The notes under the pieces were generated by a model. The model made no database searches, was not told the origin of the DNA, and saw nothing but the letters and a program-made list of their open reading frames with translations. Shown piece after piece: positions 28,518 through 38,363 of a DNA stretch of 47,584 nt. The stretch is taken from positions 1 to 47,584 of the forward strand of contig JAAZEZ010000069.1 of assembly GCA_012511975.1 (NCBI GenBank). The letters are read 5' to 3'. The position numbers and the translations under genes are program-made. Each line of letters opens with the position of its first letter. Within the stretch, counting starts at the first letter, position 1. This stretch comes from Bacteroidales bacterium (lineage in GTDB: Bacteria; Bacteroidota; Bacteroidia; Bacteroidales; UBA932).

Positions 28518-28586
28518 TATGAAACTACATTGCCATCGTAGCGTATAACAAGATGAACGATACCGCAAAAATGTCACCGTTTCATA
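28518..28586 (-). ncRNA. Candidate structured RNA (long interrupted hairpin)
   Basis: Four nested helices can be paired by eye: TATGAAAC/GTTTCATA, ACATT/AATGT, GC/GC and TATCGT/ACGATG. Confidence 0.35.
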
Positions 28587-28595
28587 TAATGTCTA

Positions 28596-30659
28596 CTAAT
28601 GTTGTTCATTTTTGTATGCCTTGACTCCCTCTTCAAGCCATTGGATGAAGGATTCCACGTCGAGGTTGTAGCCGCGGGGCTCCACCAACTGTCTGCCGTT
28701 GTTATCCTCCAGAACATAATATGGCTGAGCATTGACTCCGTATCTTGTCAATGCAAAATGGGAGTTGATCTTGCCGAGTGTTTTGAGTACTTTTCCATTA
28801 TCATTCGTCACCCAATTCTCCTCAGGGACCTGTTTCTTGTCATCTGCATAGAGGGCACAGATTACATAATCCCTTTTGAGAATCTCAAGCACCCTCGGAT
28901 CACTCCATACCCTCGCCTCCATCTCACGACAATTGACGCATCCGTGGCCGGTAAAATCTACGAATACCGGTTTACCGACCTTTGCGGCGTGAGCCTGAGC
29001 CTCCTCCAGATCAAAAAAGCCGCTCAATCCATGAGGAAGTTTAAGAAAATCCCCATATTTGACAGTATATGCGCTTGCCGCTTCAGCCTGAGTGGTACGA
29101 CTTCCGTCTGTTGGTATCACAAAATCTTGTGTGCTGATAGGAGGCAAATAACCGGAGAGGCCTTTTAAAGGAGCACCCCACATACCGGGGATCATATATA
29201 CCACAAAGCTGAAGGATGCTATCGCGAGTACCAGGCGAAAAACCCCAATGTGCTGGAGGTCGCTATCGTGCTTGAACTTGAGTTTGCCCAGCAGGTAAAA
29301 TCCCAATAATGTAAAGCAGACAATCCATATCGCAAGATAAATCTCCCTGTCCAGGAGTCCCCAGTGATAGACCTGATCAGCAACGCTGAGGAACTTAAAA
29401 CCAAGTGCCACCTCGATGAATCCAAGCACCACCTTAACGGAGTTGAGCCATCCACCACTCTGGGGAATATTACTCAGCAGAGAGGGGAAGAGGGCGAAGA
29501 TCATGAAAGGGAGCGCAAAAGCCAAAGAGAAGGCCAGCATAGTGATAATTGGGGCCCAAAACTCACCTGCAGTGGATTTTATGAGTACCGTACCCACAAT
29601 GGGGCCTGTACATGAGAAGGATACCAGCACGAGAGTCAGAGCAAGGAAAAACACTCCTCCCAATCCCTGACGTTTACTCGCCTGCTGGTCACTTTTATTG
29701 ACCAGCTTGCTCGGCATTACTATCTCGAATGCACCAAAGAAGGAGGCGGCAAAGGCCATAAATACCAGGAAGAAGAGGATGTTGGGCAGCCAGTGGGTAG
29801 CCAACCAGTTGAAGATATCTGCAGTGACGGCATCTCCTCCTACCAGACGTGTTATGATGATTATAGCCGCAATAGGAACTGTATATAGTAATACTATAAA
29901 TACACCGTACATTATGGCGCGGAACCTGCCTCTTGCTTTGTCCTCAGAACCCTTAATGAAGAATGATACGGTCATCGGCACCATGGGGAAAACACAAGGA
30001 GTCAGTAATGCTGCAAATCCCCATAATATAGCCTCAATGATCATAGCCCAAAGCGAACCGCCCCTTGTAGCCCTTTCGGAGGCCGACATCTGAACTTCAC
30101 TATCAGGTGATGAGACAGCGGCGATCTCGTCAGACTCTTCCTGAGTAAGTCCGGGAGCTTCCTGAGCTGTAGCATTCTGCACTTCCGATGCAAGAAAGGG
30201 TGCTTGCAGCTCTATTTTCATGGTATGGTCATCCGGCGGAGTACAGCTGGTATCGTCGCAGGTCATCCACTCGACCATTACTTCCACAGTGGCTTTCGGT
30301 ACTGCAAGTTTTACCTTCTGAACAAAAGTGACGCTCTTCTCGTAGTAGCCGATTACCATACCGAACATAGGATCATCCACCTTGATCGGCTTCTCAATGG
30401 AACTGGTCTCTCCCACCTTGGTCACACCATTGGGAAGGGTAAAGATAAATGTTGTGGCATTAGGACCGTTTTCATAAGGACCCATATCGTACATATGCCA
30501 TCCCGGGGCAATGGAAGCCGTTATTTTTATATCGAATGTTTTATCACCAACTGCCTCCGAAGCAATTTTCCAGGAAACAAGATCCGACTGTGAATATGCT
30601 AAAATAGAAATTCCTGATAGGAGCGTCAGGACAAAAAATAATTTTTTGATGAATCGCAT
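28596..30659 (-). CDS. dsbD: Thiol:disulfide interchange protein DsbD
   Basis: nDsbD (GWHMY, TCDDTSC), TM domain (LLTPCVFPMVP, FSCTGP, GGWLNSVK) and C-terminal thioredoxin (DFTGHGCVNC). Confidence 0.93.
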   Translation of the reverse strand: MRFIKKLFFVLTLLSGISILAYSQSDLVSWKIASEAVGDKTFDIKITASIAPGWHMYDMGPYENGPNATTFIFTLPNGVTKVGETSSIEKPIKVDDPMFGMVIGYYEKSVTFVQKVKLAVPKATVEVMVEWMTCDDTSCTPPDDHTMKIELQAPFLASEVQNATAQEAPGLTQEESDEIAAVSSPDSEVQMSASERATRGGSLWAMIIEAILWGFAALLTPCVFPMVPMTVSFFIKGSEDKARGRFRAIMYGVFIVLLYTVPIAAIIIITRLVGGDAVTADIFNWLATHWLPNILFFLVFMAFAASFFGAFEIVMPSKLVNKSDQQASKRQGLGGVFFLALTLVLVSFSCTGPIVGTVLIKSTAGEFWAPIITMLAFSLAFALPFMIFALFPSLLSNIPQSGGWLNSVKVVLGFIEVALGFKFLSVADQVYHWGLLDREIYLAIWIVCFTLLGFYLLGKLKFKHDSDLQHIGVFRLVLAIASFSFVVYMIPGMWGAPLKGLSGYLPPISTQDFVIPTDGSRTTQAEAASAYTVKYGDFLKLPHGLSGFFDLEEAQAHAAKVGKPVFVDFTGHGCVNCREMEARVWSDPRVLEILKRDYVICALYADDKKQVPEENWVTNDNGKVLKTLGKINSHFALTRYGVNAQPYYVLEDNNGRQLVEPRGYNLDVESFIQWLEEGVKAYKNEQH

Positions 30660-30680
30660 TGCTATATTTTATTGTTATTA

Positions 30681-31616
30681 TCAATAGAGGGAAACACGGT
30701 TGTCCTGCACGGATGATCTCACACCACAGGTAAGACGAAGCAAATTGAGCACCTGTCCAAGTGACTCCGAGCTAAAACTTGCCGTAAAAACATTGTCCAT
30801 CACTTTTGTGTTGTTGACAGTAATGACCACTCCATACCAACGCTCGATTTTTTTGATCACCTCCTCGATAGGAGTATTGTCAAATACCAGATATCCATCT
30901 TTCCATGAGGTATTTAGCCTCATATCAGCAATCTTGCGCCCTGCGGAGGAAAGGCCTTCAGTGGAAACAATTATCTCTTCTTTTTCCTTAAGCACTATCT
31001 CCTTGTCTTGACCGTCTGTCATAATCGAAACCCTGCCAGATACAAGGGTGAGTTTAAGATTTTTGTCATTACTGTATGAAGATAGATTGAATTCGGTGCC
31101 GGTGACATTTACTATAACACCCTTCTTCGTGCGAACAAACATTGGCCAGTCACGATTGCTTTTCACTTTAAAGTATCCTTCTCCATCGAGTTCGACTACA
31201 CGCTTGCCATCCTCGAATCTTGAAGGACATGTGAGTCTGCTGTCGCTGTTTAGAATTACCTCGCTGCCGTCAGGAAGTATTATACTGCCCTTAACGCCGG
31301 GATTTACACTATATTTGAGAATGGCATCATTCTGCTCAAGATCGGGTACCACCATTATTAGTTTATACTCCGCTGTGATATTTTCAAGCTGTTTTTCAAG
31401 ACTTCTGTTGTGAAGAATAATAATACCACTAACAACCAGCAACACAGCTGCCGCAACTGAAATTGCCCATACGAAACTACGCTTTAGTGGAGTTCTGTCA
31501 TAGCCGACGGCACATCTAATATCATGCAATGACTCAGGAGAGGGTGCACTGTTAGGCAGATTCGAAAATACCCACTCTGCCTTTTCTTTATAATCTTGTA
31601 TGTTTTTATCTTTCAT
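30681..31616 (-). CDS. FecR-family anti-sigma factor
   Basis: TM helix; LPDGSEVILNSDS, LDGEGYFKV, VTGTEFN and SWKDGYLVF..IERWYGV motifs. Confidence 0.93.
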   Translation of the reverse strand: MKDKNIQDYKEKAEWVFSNLPNSAPSPESLHDIRCAVGYDRTPLKRSFVWAISVAAAVLLVVSGIIILHNRSLEKQLENITAEYKLIMVVPDLEQNDAILKYSVNPGVKGSIILPDGSEVILNSDSRLTCPSRFEDGKRVVELDGEGYFKVKSNRDWPMFVRTKKGVIVNVTGTEFNLSSYSNDKNLKLTLVSGRVSIMTDGQDKEIVLKEKEEIIVSTEGLSSAGRKIADMRLNTSWKDGYLVFDNTPIEEVIKKIERWYGVVITVNNTKVMDNVFTASFSSESLGQVLNLLRLTCGVRSSVQDNRVSLY

Positions 31617-31666
31617 TTCTTACATTTTGTTACAGTTAATACAGAAACACTAAACAGTTCCCTAAA

Positions 31667-32245
31667 TTATTGTTGGAAAATCATCAATTTTTTGCGAAAT
31701 ATTTTCAAGGCTTTAGAGATGTTAAACTCCACTTTTTTTACCGAAATCTCCAATTTGCGGGCAATTTCCTCATAAGAAAGCCCTTCTTTTCTGCTCATGA
31801 CAAAAATCGTTCTGACTAGGTCCGGTAGTTCATTATAGGTAACATCTATGATCCTTTTCATATCCAGCGAATCAATTATGGAAACCAGGCTGTCGTCCGT
31901 CAATGCTCTGATCATATTGTCAAAACCCGAACGTTCAATAGAATCAGTCATTCTTGTACGAAGCATACTTAAATGATTAAGAGCTTTGTTGCGAGCAATA
32001 GTGTATAAATATGAGCGCAAATTCTGCTTAGGATCAATGCGGTGTCTCGTATCCCATAATGTAAGGAATGTATCCTGCGCCAAATCCGCTGCTACATCCG
32101 AATCTCCCGTATAATGGAAAATAAAGAAGCGTATGTTCTCAAATTCCGCTTTAAAAAGCACTTCAAACGCATCCTTGCTCGACGACTTGATCGCAGTCGA
32201 AAGCGAGCGAATAACATCTTGTTCCCATTTGTGATAAGTGCTCAT
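31667..32245 (-). CDS. ECF sigma-70 factor (Bacteroides expansion type)
   Basis: DLAQDTFLTLW, YLYTIARNKALNHL and SRKEGLSYEEIA motifs. Confidence 0.93.
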   Translation of the reverse strand: MSTYHKWEQDVIRSLSTAIKSSSKDAFEVLFKAEFENIRFFIFHYTGDSDVAADLAQDTFLTLWDTRHRIDPKQNLRSYLYTIARNKALNHLSMLRTRMTDSIERSGFDNMIRALTDDSLVSIIDSLDMKRIIDVTYNELPDLVRTIFVMSRKEGLSYEEIARKLEISVKKVEFNISKALKIFRKKLMIFQQ

Positions 32246-32265
32246 TACTCCGTGATATTATTGCC

Positions 32266-32311
32266 CAAAGATAACCAAATTGTCAAAACGATGGAAAAAT
32301 TATTACCTTTG
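32266..32311. promoter_or_regulatory. Divergent -7 elements for the ECF sigma (TATCTTTG, minus 32266-32273) and rpoN (TACCTTTG, plus 32304-32311)
   Basis: Two TAnnTTTG matches in the short divergent spacer. Confidence 0.55.
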
Positions 32312-32318
32312 TTATGAA

Positions 32319-33725
32319 ATGTTAAAGCAGACATTACAACAGACACAGACTACAAAGCTCTCTCCGCTGCAGATTCAAACCATCAAGCTTCTGGAGCTGC
32401 CGATGCTGGAACTTGAGCAGAAGATACAGAGGGAGATAGAAGAAAATCCTGTCCTGGATGAAGTTATACCGGAATCCGAGGAAGAGGATGCGGCTGATAT
32501 TTCCCTTGACTCATACGACCAGGACGATCCTACACCCTCATACAAACTTCGTGTCAATAATCAGGGCAAAGACCTCAAGCCTCAGTACAATACATTCTCC
32601 GTTCAGGAAAGTTTTCACCAAAACCTTATAAAACAACTAGGTTTCTACTCTCTTGACAACAGAAAAAAGCAAATTGCCACCTTCATGATTGGAATGCTTG
32701 AGGACGATGGATACCTCAGGCGTGATCTGGACTCCCTTACGGATGATATCGCCTTCCGTCTGGGTATTGAAACCACTGAAGATGAACTGGAGGAGATTCT
32801 ATTTATAATACAGGAGTTTGAGCCTGTGGGCGTCGGCGCAAGAGACCTTAGAGAGTGTCTCCTGCTGCAAATTGCCACCAAGAAACAAACTCCCTCGCAA
32901 CAACTTGCCGAAACCATCCTCAGGGACTATTTCAACGAATTCTCCAGAAAGCATTATTCCAAACTCATGTCCCGGCTGGGTGTCACAAATGATGAGCTCA
33001 AAGAGGCTATCGAAGAGATCCAGCGCCTTAATCCCCGCCCCGGCGGACAGATTGACGACTCCTATTCAGAACAAACTCAACAAGTGATTCCGGATTTTAT
33101 ATTGGAACTCAAAGAGGGCGAATTGGTGATGACAATGCCCAGATACTCCATACCTGAGCTCAGAGTCAACAGACGCTACGCAGATATGCTGATAAAGGGC
33201 TCAAATGCAAACACCAAAGCAGGTAAGGAGGCCGTCACCTTTGTTAAAAAGAAACTTGACGACGCCAAATGGTTTATCGAGGCTATAAAGCAGCGCCAAA
33301 ACACTCTTCAGAACACAATGAACGCCATTATAGACTTCCAGAGAGAATACTTTATGGATGGTGATGAGACCAAGCTCAAGCCTATGGTACTTCGCAATAT
33401 CGCCGAAAAAGCCAATCTGGACATCTCGACCATTTCCAGAGTGGTCAATTGCAAATATATACAGACTCATTTCGGCATCTATCCGTTGAAATATTTCTTC
33501 TCCGAAGGCCTTATCAATGAAGATGGAGAGGAGGTTTCCACCCGCGAAATTAAAAATGTCCTCGTCCGGATTATAGACAACGAAGACAAAACCGCTCCAC
33601 TGACGGACGAGAGCATAGTTGAAGCCCTTTCGGAAAAGGGTTACAAGGTAGCCAGACGCACGGTAGCCAAATACCGCGACCAGCTTGGCATACCTGTAGC
33701 CAAACAAAGAGTGGAATTGTTATAA
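32319..33725 (+). CDS. rpoN: RNA polymerase sigma-54 factor
   Basis: MLKQTLQQ..LSPLQIQ, PVGVGARDLRECL, STISRV and the RpoN box ARRTVAKYR. Confidence 0.97.
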   Translation: MLKQTLQQTQTTKLSPLQIQTIKLLELPMLELEQKIQREIEENPVLDEVIPESEEEDAADISLDSYDQDDPTPSYKLRVNNQGKDLKPQYNTFSVQESFHQNLIKQLGFYSLDNRKKQIATFMIGMLEDDGYLRRDLDSLTDDIAFRLGIETTEDELEEILFIIQEFEPVGVGARDLRECLLLQIATKKQTPSQQLAETILRDYFNEFSRKHYSKLMSRLGVTNDELKEAIEEIQRLNPRPGGQIDDSYSEQTQQVIPDFILELKEGELVMTMPRYSIPELRVNRRYADMLIKGSNANTKAGKEAVTFVKKKLDDAKWFIEAIKQRQNTLQNTMNAIIDFQREYFMDGDETKLKPMVLRNIAEKANLDISTISRVVNCKYIQTHFGIYPLKYFFSEGLINEDGEEVSTREIKNVLVRIIDNEDKTAPLTDESIVEALSEKGYKVARRTVAKYRDQLGIPVAKQRVELL

Positions 33726-33727
33726 TC

Positions 33728-35212
33728 TTATTTGGTAAGTTCCCACTCGGTACCCTCTTTGGTATCTTTGATCTGAATACCGATGGCTTTGAGTTCGTCC
33801 CGGATCCGGTCGCTTTCAGCCCAGTTCTTTGCAGCTTTTGCTGCATTGCGGTTCGCAAGTATTATACCCATAAGACCACTTATTACCGACTCAGCTGCTG
33901 AATCTTGACGGTCATCAGTTAAACCGAGAACATCTGAAACAATCTCCGTAAAGAGTTTGGTAAGCGTATCATAATCGGCATCTTTGAGCACCTCTCCTTT
34001 ATCTTTGGCTCCATTGACAATCTTCACCGCCTCGAAAAGAGAGGAGAGAGCCACAGGTGTATTCATATCGTCGAGCAGCGCCTCATAGATCTCCTCTTCA
34101 ATGGAGGTCACTTGATTCAATCGGGGAGCTTCAGTCGAATGTTTGAGTGAACGGACATCTTTAGTTGCCTGCATAAGTCGTTTAAGTCCCTTCTCTGCAG
34201 CCTGCAAAGCCTCGTTGCTGAAGTCCAGAGTGCTCCTGTAGTGCGCCTGAAGTATGAAAAACCTGATAGTCATAGGCGAATAGGGTTGATCCAGGGCTTC
34301 ATGTTTGCCTGCAAACAACTCTTCCAGTGTTATGAAGTTACCTTTGGACTTACCCATCTTCTGGCCGTTAATGGTGATCAAATTGTTATGCACCCAATAA
34401 TTGACACCGCCTTTGCCACGTGAGGCTACATTTTGAGCCAATTCGCATTCATGGTGAGGAAATATCAGATCCATCCCGCCGCCGTGTATATCAAATTCCT
34501 CCCCGAGATATTTTTCGCTCATTGCCGAGCACTCGAGGTGCCATCCCGGAAAGCCTACACTCCAGGGGGATGGCCAGCGCATTATATGCTCTGAAGGAGC
34601 CTTTTTCCAAAGTGCAAAGTCGTTGGGAGAACGTTTGTCCTCCTGACCATCCAGCTCACGAGAACCGGCCATCATCTCGTCGAGAATACGACCTGAAAGC
34701 ACTCCATATTTGTGTGCACTGTTATACTTTTCAACATCAAAATAGACTGAACCATTGCTGATGTAGGCATAGCCGGCATCGAGAATTTTTTTGACAAGCT
34801 CTATCTGTTCTATGATGTGGCCTGAAGCCCTTGGTTCGATTGAAGGGCGCAGTACATTGAGTTGCTTCATCGCCTCATGATACCTCAGAGTATAGGTTTG
34901 TACCACTTCCATAGGCTCCAACTCCTCAAGACGGGCTTTTTTTGCAATCTTATCCTCGCCTGTGTCAGCATCGTTTTCGAGATGACCAACATCGGTAATG
35001 TTGCTCACATATCTGACTTTGTATCCCAGATGTCTGAATAGACGGAAGAGCAGATCGAAAGTGATACCGGGCCTGGCGTGGCCCAAATGAGGATCGCCAT
35101 ATACCGTAGGACCGCAGACATACATTCCGACATGTCCGGGATTTACAGGTTTAAAGATGCGTTTTTCCCTTTTGAGGGTATCATAAAGAAATAAGTCACG
35201 AGCCATAATCAT
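33728..35212 (-). CDS. cysS: Cysteine--tRNA ligase
   Basis: [35 protein letters not shown] and KMGKS motifs. Confidence 0.98.
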   Translation of the reverse strand: MIMARDLFLYDTLKREKRIFKPVNPGHVGMYVCGPTVYGDPHLGHARPGITFDLLFRLFRHLGYKVRYVSNITDVGHLENDADTGEDKIAKKARLEELEPMEVVQTYTLRYHEAMKQLNVLRPSIEPRASGHIIEQIELVKKILDAGYAYISNGSVYFDVEKYNSAHKYGVLSGRILDEMMAGSRELDGQEDKRSPNDFALWKKAPSEHIMRWPSPWSVGFPGWHLECSAMSEKYLGEEFDIHGGGMDLIFPHHECELAQNVASRGKGGVNYWVHNNLITINGQKMGKSKGNFITLEELFAGKHEALDQPYSPMTIRFFILQAHYRSTLDFSNEALQAAEKGLKRLMQATKDVRSLKHSTEAPRLNQVTSIEEEIYEALLDDMNTPVALSSLFEAVKIVNGAKDKGEVLKDADYDTLTKLFTEIVSDVLGLTDDRQDSAAESVISGLMGIILANRNAAKAAKNWAESDRIRDELKAIGIQIKDTKEGTEWELTK

Positions 35213-35241
35213 CTGTTTATTGCACTAAACTACAAATTTAA

Positions 35242-35281
35242 CAACTTTCGGCAATATATGGCTCGCTATTGCCGAAAGTTG
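35242..35281. terminator. 15-bp perfect hairpin between ssb and cysS (terminator or operator)
   Basis: CAACTTTCGGCAATA-N10-TATTGCCGAAAGTTG; only a weak U tract. Confidence 0.5.
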
Positions 35282-35299
35282 AGCTAAAATGCAAGACAG

Positions 35300-35638
35300 C
35301 TACTCTTCCGGTGGCACTACGGTCACTTTGCTGGCAAGAATCTCCATAAATTGTCGTTCATCACCGCTACTGGATGTGTATCTGACATTGCGTATACGCC
35401 CGATAACCGAAACCAGGAGACCTTTGCGAATGAGCGAAAAGTCATCAATATTACGTCCGCTCCAGGCAGTAATATTGTGCCAGGTGGTCTCCTCCTTAAT
35501 TTCACCTTTTTTGTCCTTAAATGTCTCGTTGGTCGCTAAGGAGAATCTGGCGACCTGAGAGTTGCCCACATCTGTAATTTTCGGATCATGGCCCACATGC
35601 CCTTTCAACTCTACCCGATTGATAAATGTTCTTTTCAT
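35300..35638 (-). CDS. ssb: Single-stranded DNA-binding protein, short form
   Basis: NRVELKGHVGHDP, FSLATNE and TTWHNITAW OB-fold motifs; no acidic C-terminal tip. Confidence 0.9.
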   Translation of the reverse strand: MKRTFINRVELKGHVGHDPKITDVGNSQVARFSLATNETFKDKKGEIKEETTWHNITAWSGRNIDDFSLIRKGLLVSVIGRIRNVRYTSSSGDERQFMEILASKVTVVPPEE

Positions 35639-35825
35639 AATAATTGGTTTTTGTTTCAAATACAAAATAAAGAAGATCAACGCCATCCATCCATACTCTA
35701 AATACTTATATCCGTTTAAGACGCTGTGATCCGTTAAAATTGTTTTTTCAACACCTGAGTGTAAATATTTTCAAGTAATTTTGTCATTGAAAATAAACTT
35801 TGTGTCAATTTAATGGAAGATCTGT

Positions 35826-36179
35826 ATGGAAACAAAGAGACATTGTAAGAGATGCGGGGAAAGATTCGTCGGTAGAAGTGACAAGATCTTCTGCTGTGAC
35901 AGTTGCAGAAATGATTACCACAATTATCTCCGCAGGGAGCGAAACAAAGGGATGAATCGTGTCAATAGAATCCTCTCACGCAACCGCGAGATTATCCGTT
36001 CTCTGCTTTCCAGGAGCATTGAGAGTATCGACACCAGAGAGTTGAGTATGCTTGCCTTTGATTTCGGGTACTTTACATCTATGGACAAACGAATCCTGGG
36101 ACGCACTTGCTATCACATATATGAATATTGTTATTACTATTCTGCCAACGGTGAGGTTCATTTCTCTCTCAAAGAATGA
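35826..36179 (+). CDS. Conserved Bacteroidetes zinc-finger-like hypothetical protein
   Basis: CKRC-x4-GRSDKIFCCDSCR and FDFGYFT...YEYCY motifs. Confidence 0.75.
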   Translation: METKRHCKRCGERFVGRSDKIFCCDSCRNDYHNYLRRERNKGMNRVNRILSRNREIIRSLLSRSIESIDTRELSMLAFDFGYFTSMDKRILGRTCYHIYEYCYYYSANGEVHFSLKE

Positions 36180-36239
36180 GTATTTTTTGACTTAAAATCG
36201 TTATCTTTGAGAATCAGAAAACAAATTATTATACATAAT

Positions 36240-38333
36240 ATGAAACTCACCAGAACATTCGCTGCGGCATCATTTGCCGCATTGATGCTTATTTCCTGCA
36301 CAATGAAAGAAAATCCTTTGCTACAGACTTCCCCACACCCCTATCAGGCTCCGGCATTCGACAAAATAAAAACAGAACACTATAAGCCGGCATTTATTGC
36401 GGCCATCGAAGAGGCTAAAGCTGAAATCCAGTTTATTGTTGACAATCCTGAAGAACCGACTTTCGCCAATACCATAGAGGCGCTTAACACTTCCGGACGC
36501 ACACTTAATAGTGTTGCAGGCATGTTTTTCAACCTCAACCAAGCCTGCACCAACGAAGAGATGCAGCAGATTGCCGAAGAGGTAGCCCCCATGATGACCG
36601 AATACAGCATGTCCATAATCCTCAACCCTGTACTCTTCCAAAAGGTGAAGGCGGTTTATGAGATGAAAGATGACCTGGGGCTCAACCAGGAAGAGGCAAA
36701 ACTTCTGGAGGAGAGTTACAAATCCTTTACCCGCAACGGAGCTAATCTCCCTGACGATAAAAAGGAGGAATACGCACGATTGCAGGAGGAGCTCTCAGTC
36801 ACCACCCTCGCATTCGGACGTAATGTACTTGGCGCCACCAATGCATATATACTTGAAATTACTGACGAAGCCGACCTGGCCGGACTTCCTGACTATGTAA
36901 AGGAAATGGCCGCTGCAGATGCGCAGGCCAAAGGTAAGGAGGGATGGGTATTTACTCTCGATTATCCAAGTTACGGCCCCTTCCTCAAATACAGCACCAA
37001 TCGAGAACTGCGAGAAGAGCTCTGGAGAGCATACAACAGTAAATGCATAGGCGGAGAGTTTGACAATACCGAAAATATTCGCAAGATAGTAGACCTACGT
37101 ATCCGCGTAGCACAGTTGCTGGGATATGAGACCTATGCTGATTATGCGCTTGAAGATAGAATGGCTAAGAATCCCACCACGGTCAACAATTTCCTTGCTG
37201 ACCTGATGCAGAAATCCCTTCCTTTTGCCAGACGTGACGTAGCCGAGATTCAGGCCTATGCTACAGCCAACGGCTTTGAAGGACAACTGATGCCCTGGGA
37301 TTTCTCATACTGGTCGGAAAAATTCCAGGAAGAGAGATACTCGCTCAACGAAGAGCTGCTCAAGCCCTATTTTGAGCTCTCAAGCGTACAGGCTGCTATT
37401 TTTGATCTTGCCGAACGTCTCTACGGGCTACAATTTGAAGAGAATCCCAACTTACCCGTATATCATCCCGATGTGAAGGTATTTGAGGTAAAAGATGAGA
37501 ATGGCAGGTTTATGTCTCTGCTCTACATCGACTATTTTCCGCGCGAGAGCAAAAGAGGCGGTGCCTGGATGACCTCCTTCAGAGAGCAGGGCTTCTACGA
37601 CGGAGTTGAGGAGAGACCCCACGTATCATTGGTAACTAACTTTACCAAACCCACTTCCGACACTCCATCACTCATCACTTTCTATGAATTCACCACTATT
37701 CTCCATGAATTCGGGCACGCGCTTCACGGAATACTTGCAGAGGGTACTTACAGTACTTTGACAGGCACTAATGTTGCCCGAGACTTTGTGGAACTTCCAT
37801 CACAGATTATGGAAAACTGGGCATACGAGCCTGAGTATCTGAATTCTTTTGCAAAACACTACCAAACAGGCGAAGTAATCCCTCAAGATATTATTGACAG
37901 AATTATTGCCGCCAAGAACTTCCTGGCCGGATATGCCAGCGTAAGACAGCTCAACTATGGCCTCACAGATATGTCCTGGCATACTATAACATCTGTACCA
38001 GAGGCCTCTGTAGTGGATTATGAACAGAAGGTACTTGCCAATTCGACTATAATGCCCACTGTTGAGGGCGTAGTCTTTTCTCCCTCATTTAACCATATCT
38101 TCGCGGGTGGCTATGCTGCCGGCTACTACTCTTATAAGTGGGCTGAAGTGCTTGAAGCTGACGCCTTCTCGCTCTTCAAGGAGAGAGGCATTTTCAACAA
38201 AGAGGTGGCTGCTGAATTCCGCGACAAGATCCTCTCCAGAGGAGGCATAGAAGATGCTGATGTATTATTCCGCAACTTCCGCGGAAGGGATCCTCAGCCG
38301 GAGGCTCTTCTCGAGAAACTCGGTATGAAATAA
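36240..38333 (+). CDS. dcp: M3 family peptidyl-dipeptidase Dcp (lipoprotein)
   Basis: Lipobox LISC; KRGGAWM, HEFGHALH, DFVELPSQ and GYYSYKWAE motifs. Confidence 0.93.
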   Translation: MKLTRTFAAASFAALMLISCTMKENPLLQTSPHPYQAPAFDKIKTEHYKPAFIAAIEEAKAEIQFIVDNPEEPTFANTIEALNTSGRTLNSVAGMFFNLNQACTNEEMQQIAEEVAPMMTEYSMSIILNPVLFQKVKAVYEMKDDLGLNQEEAKLLEESYKSFTRNGANLPDDKKEEYARLQEELSVTTLAFGRNVLGATNAYILEITDEADLAGLPDYVKEMAAADAQAKGKEGWVFTLDYPSYGPFLKYSTNRELREELWRAYNSKCIGGEFDNTENIRKIVDLRIRVAQLLGYETYADYALEDRMAKNPTTVNNFLADLMQKSLPFARRDVAEIQAYATANGFEGQLMPWDFSYWSEKFQEERYSLNEELLKPYFELSSVQAAIFDLAERLYGLQFEENPNLPVYHPDVKVFEVKDENGRFMSLLYIDYFPRESKRGGAWMTSFREQGFYDGVEERPHVSLVTNFTKPTSDTPSLITFYEFTTILHEFGHALHGILAEGTYSTLTGTNVARDFVELPSQIMENWAYEPEYLNSFAKHYQTGEVIPQDIIDRIIAAKNFLAGYASVRQLNYGLTDMSWHTITSVPEASVVDYEQKVLANSTIMPTVEGVVFSPSFNHIFAGGYAAGYYSYKWAEVLEADAFSLFKERGIFNKEVAAEFRDKILSRGGIEDADVLFRNFRGRDPQPEALLEKLGMK

Positions 38334-38363
38334 TTTGAACCAACCCTTAAATATATACTAGTT

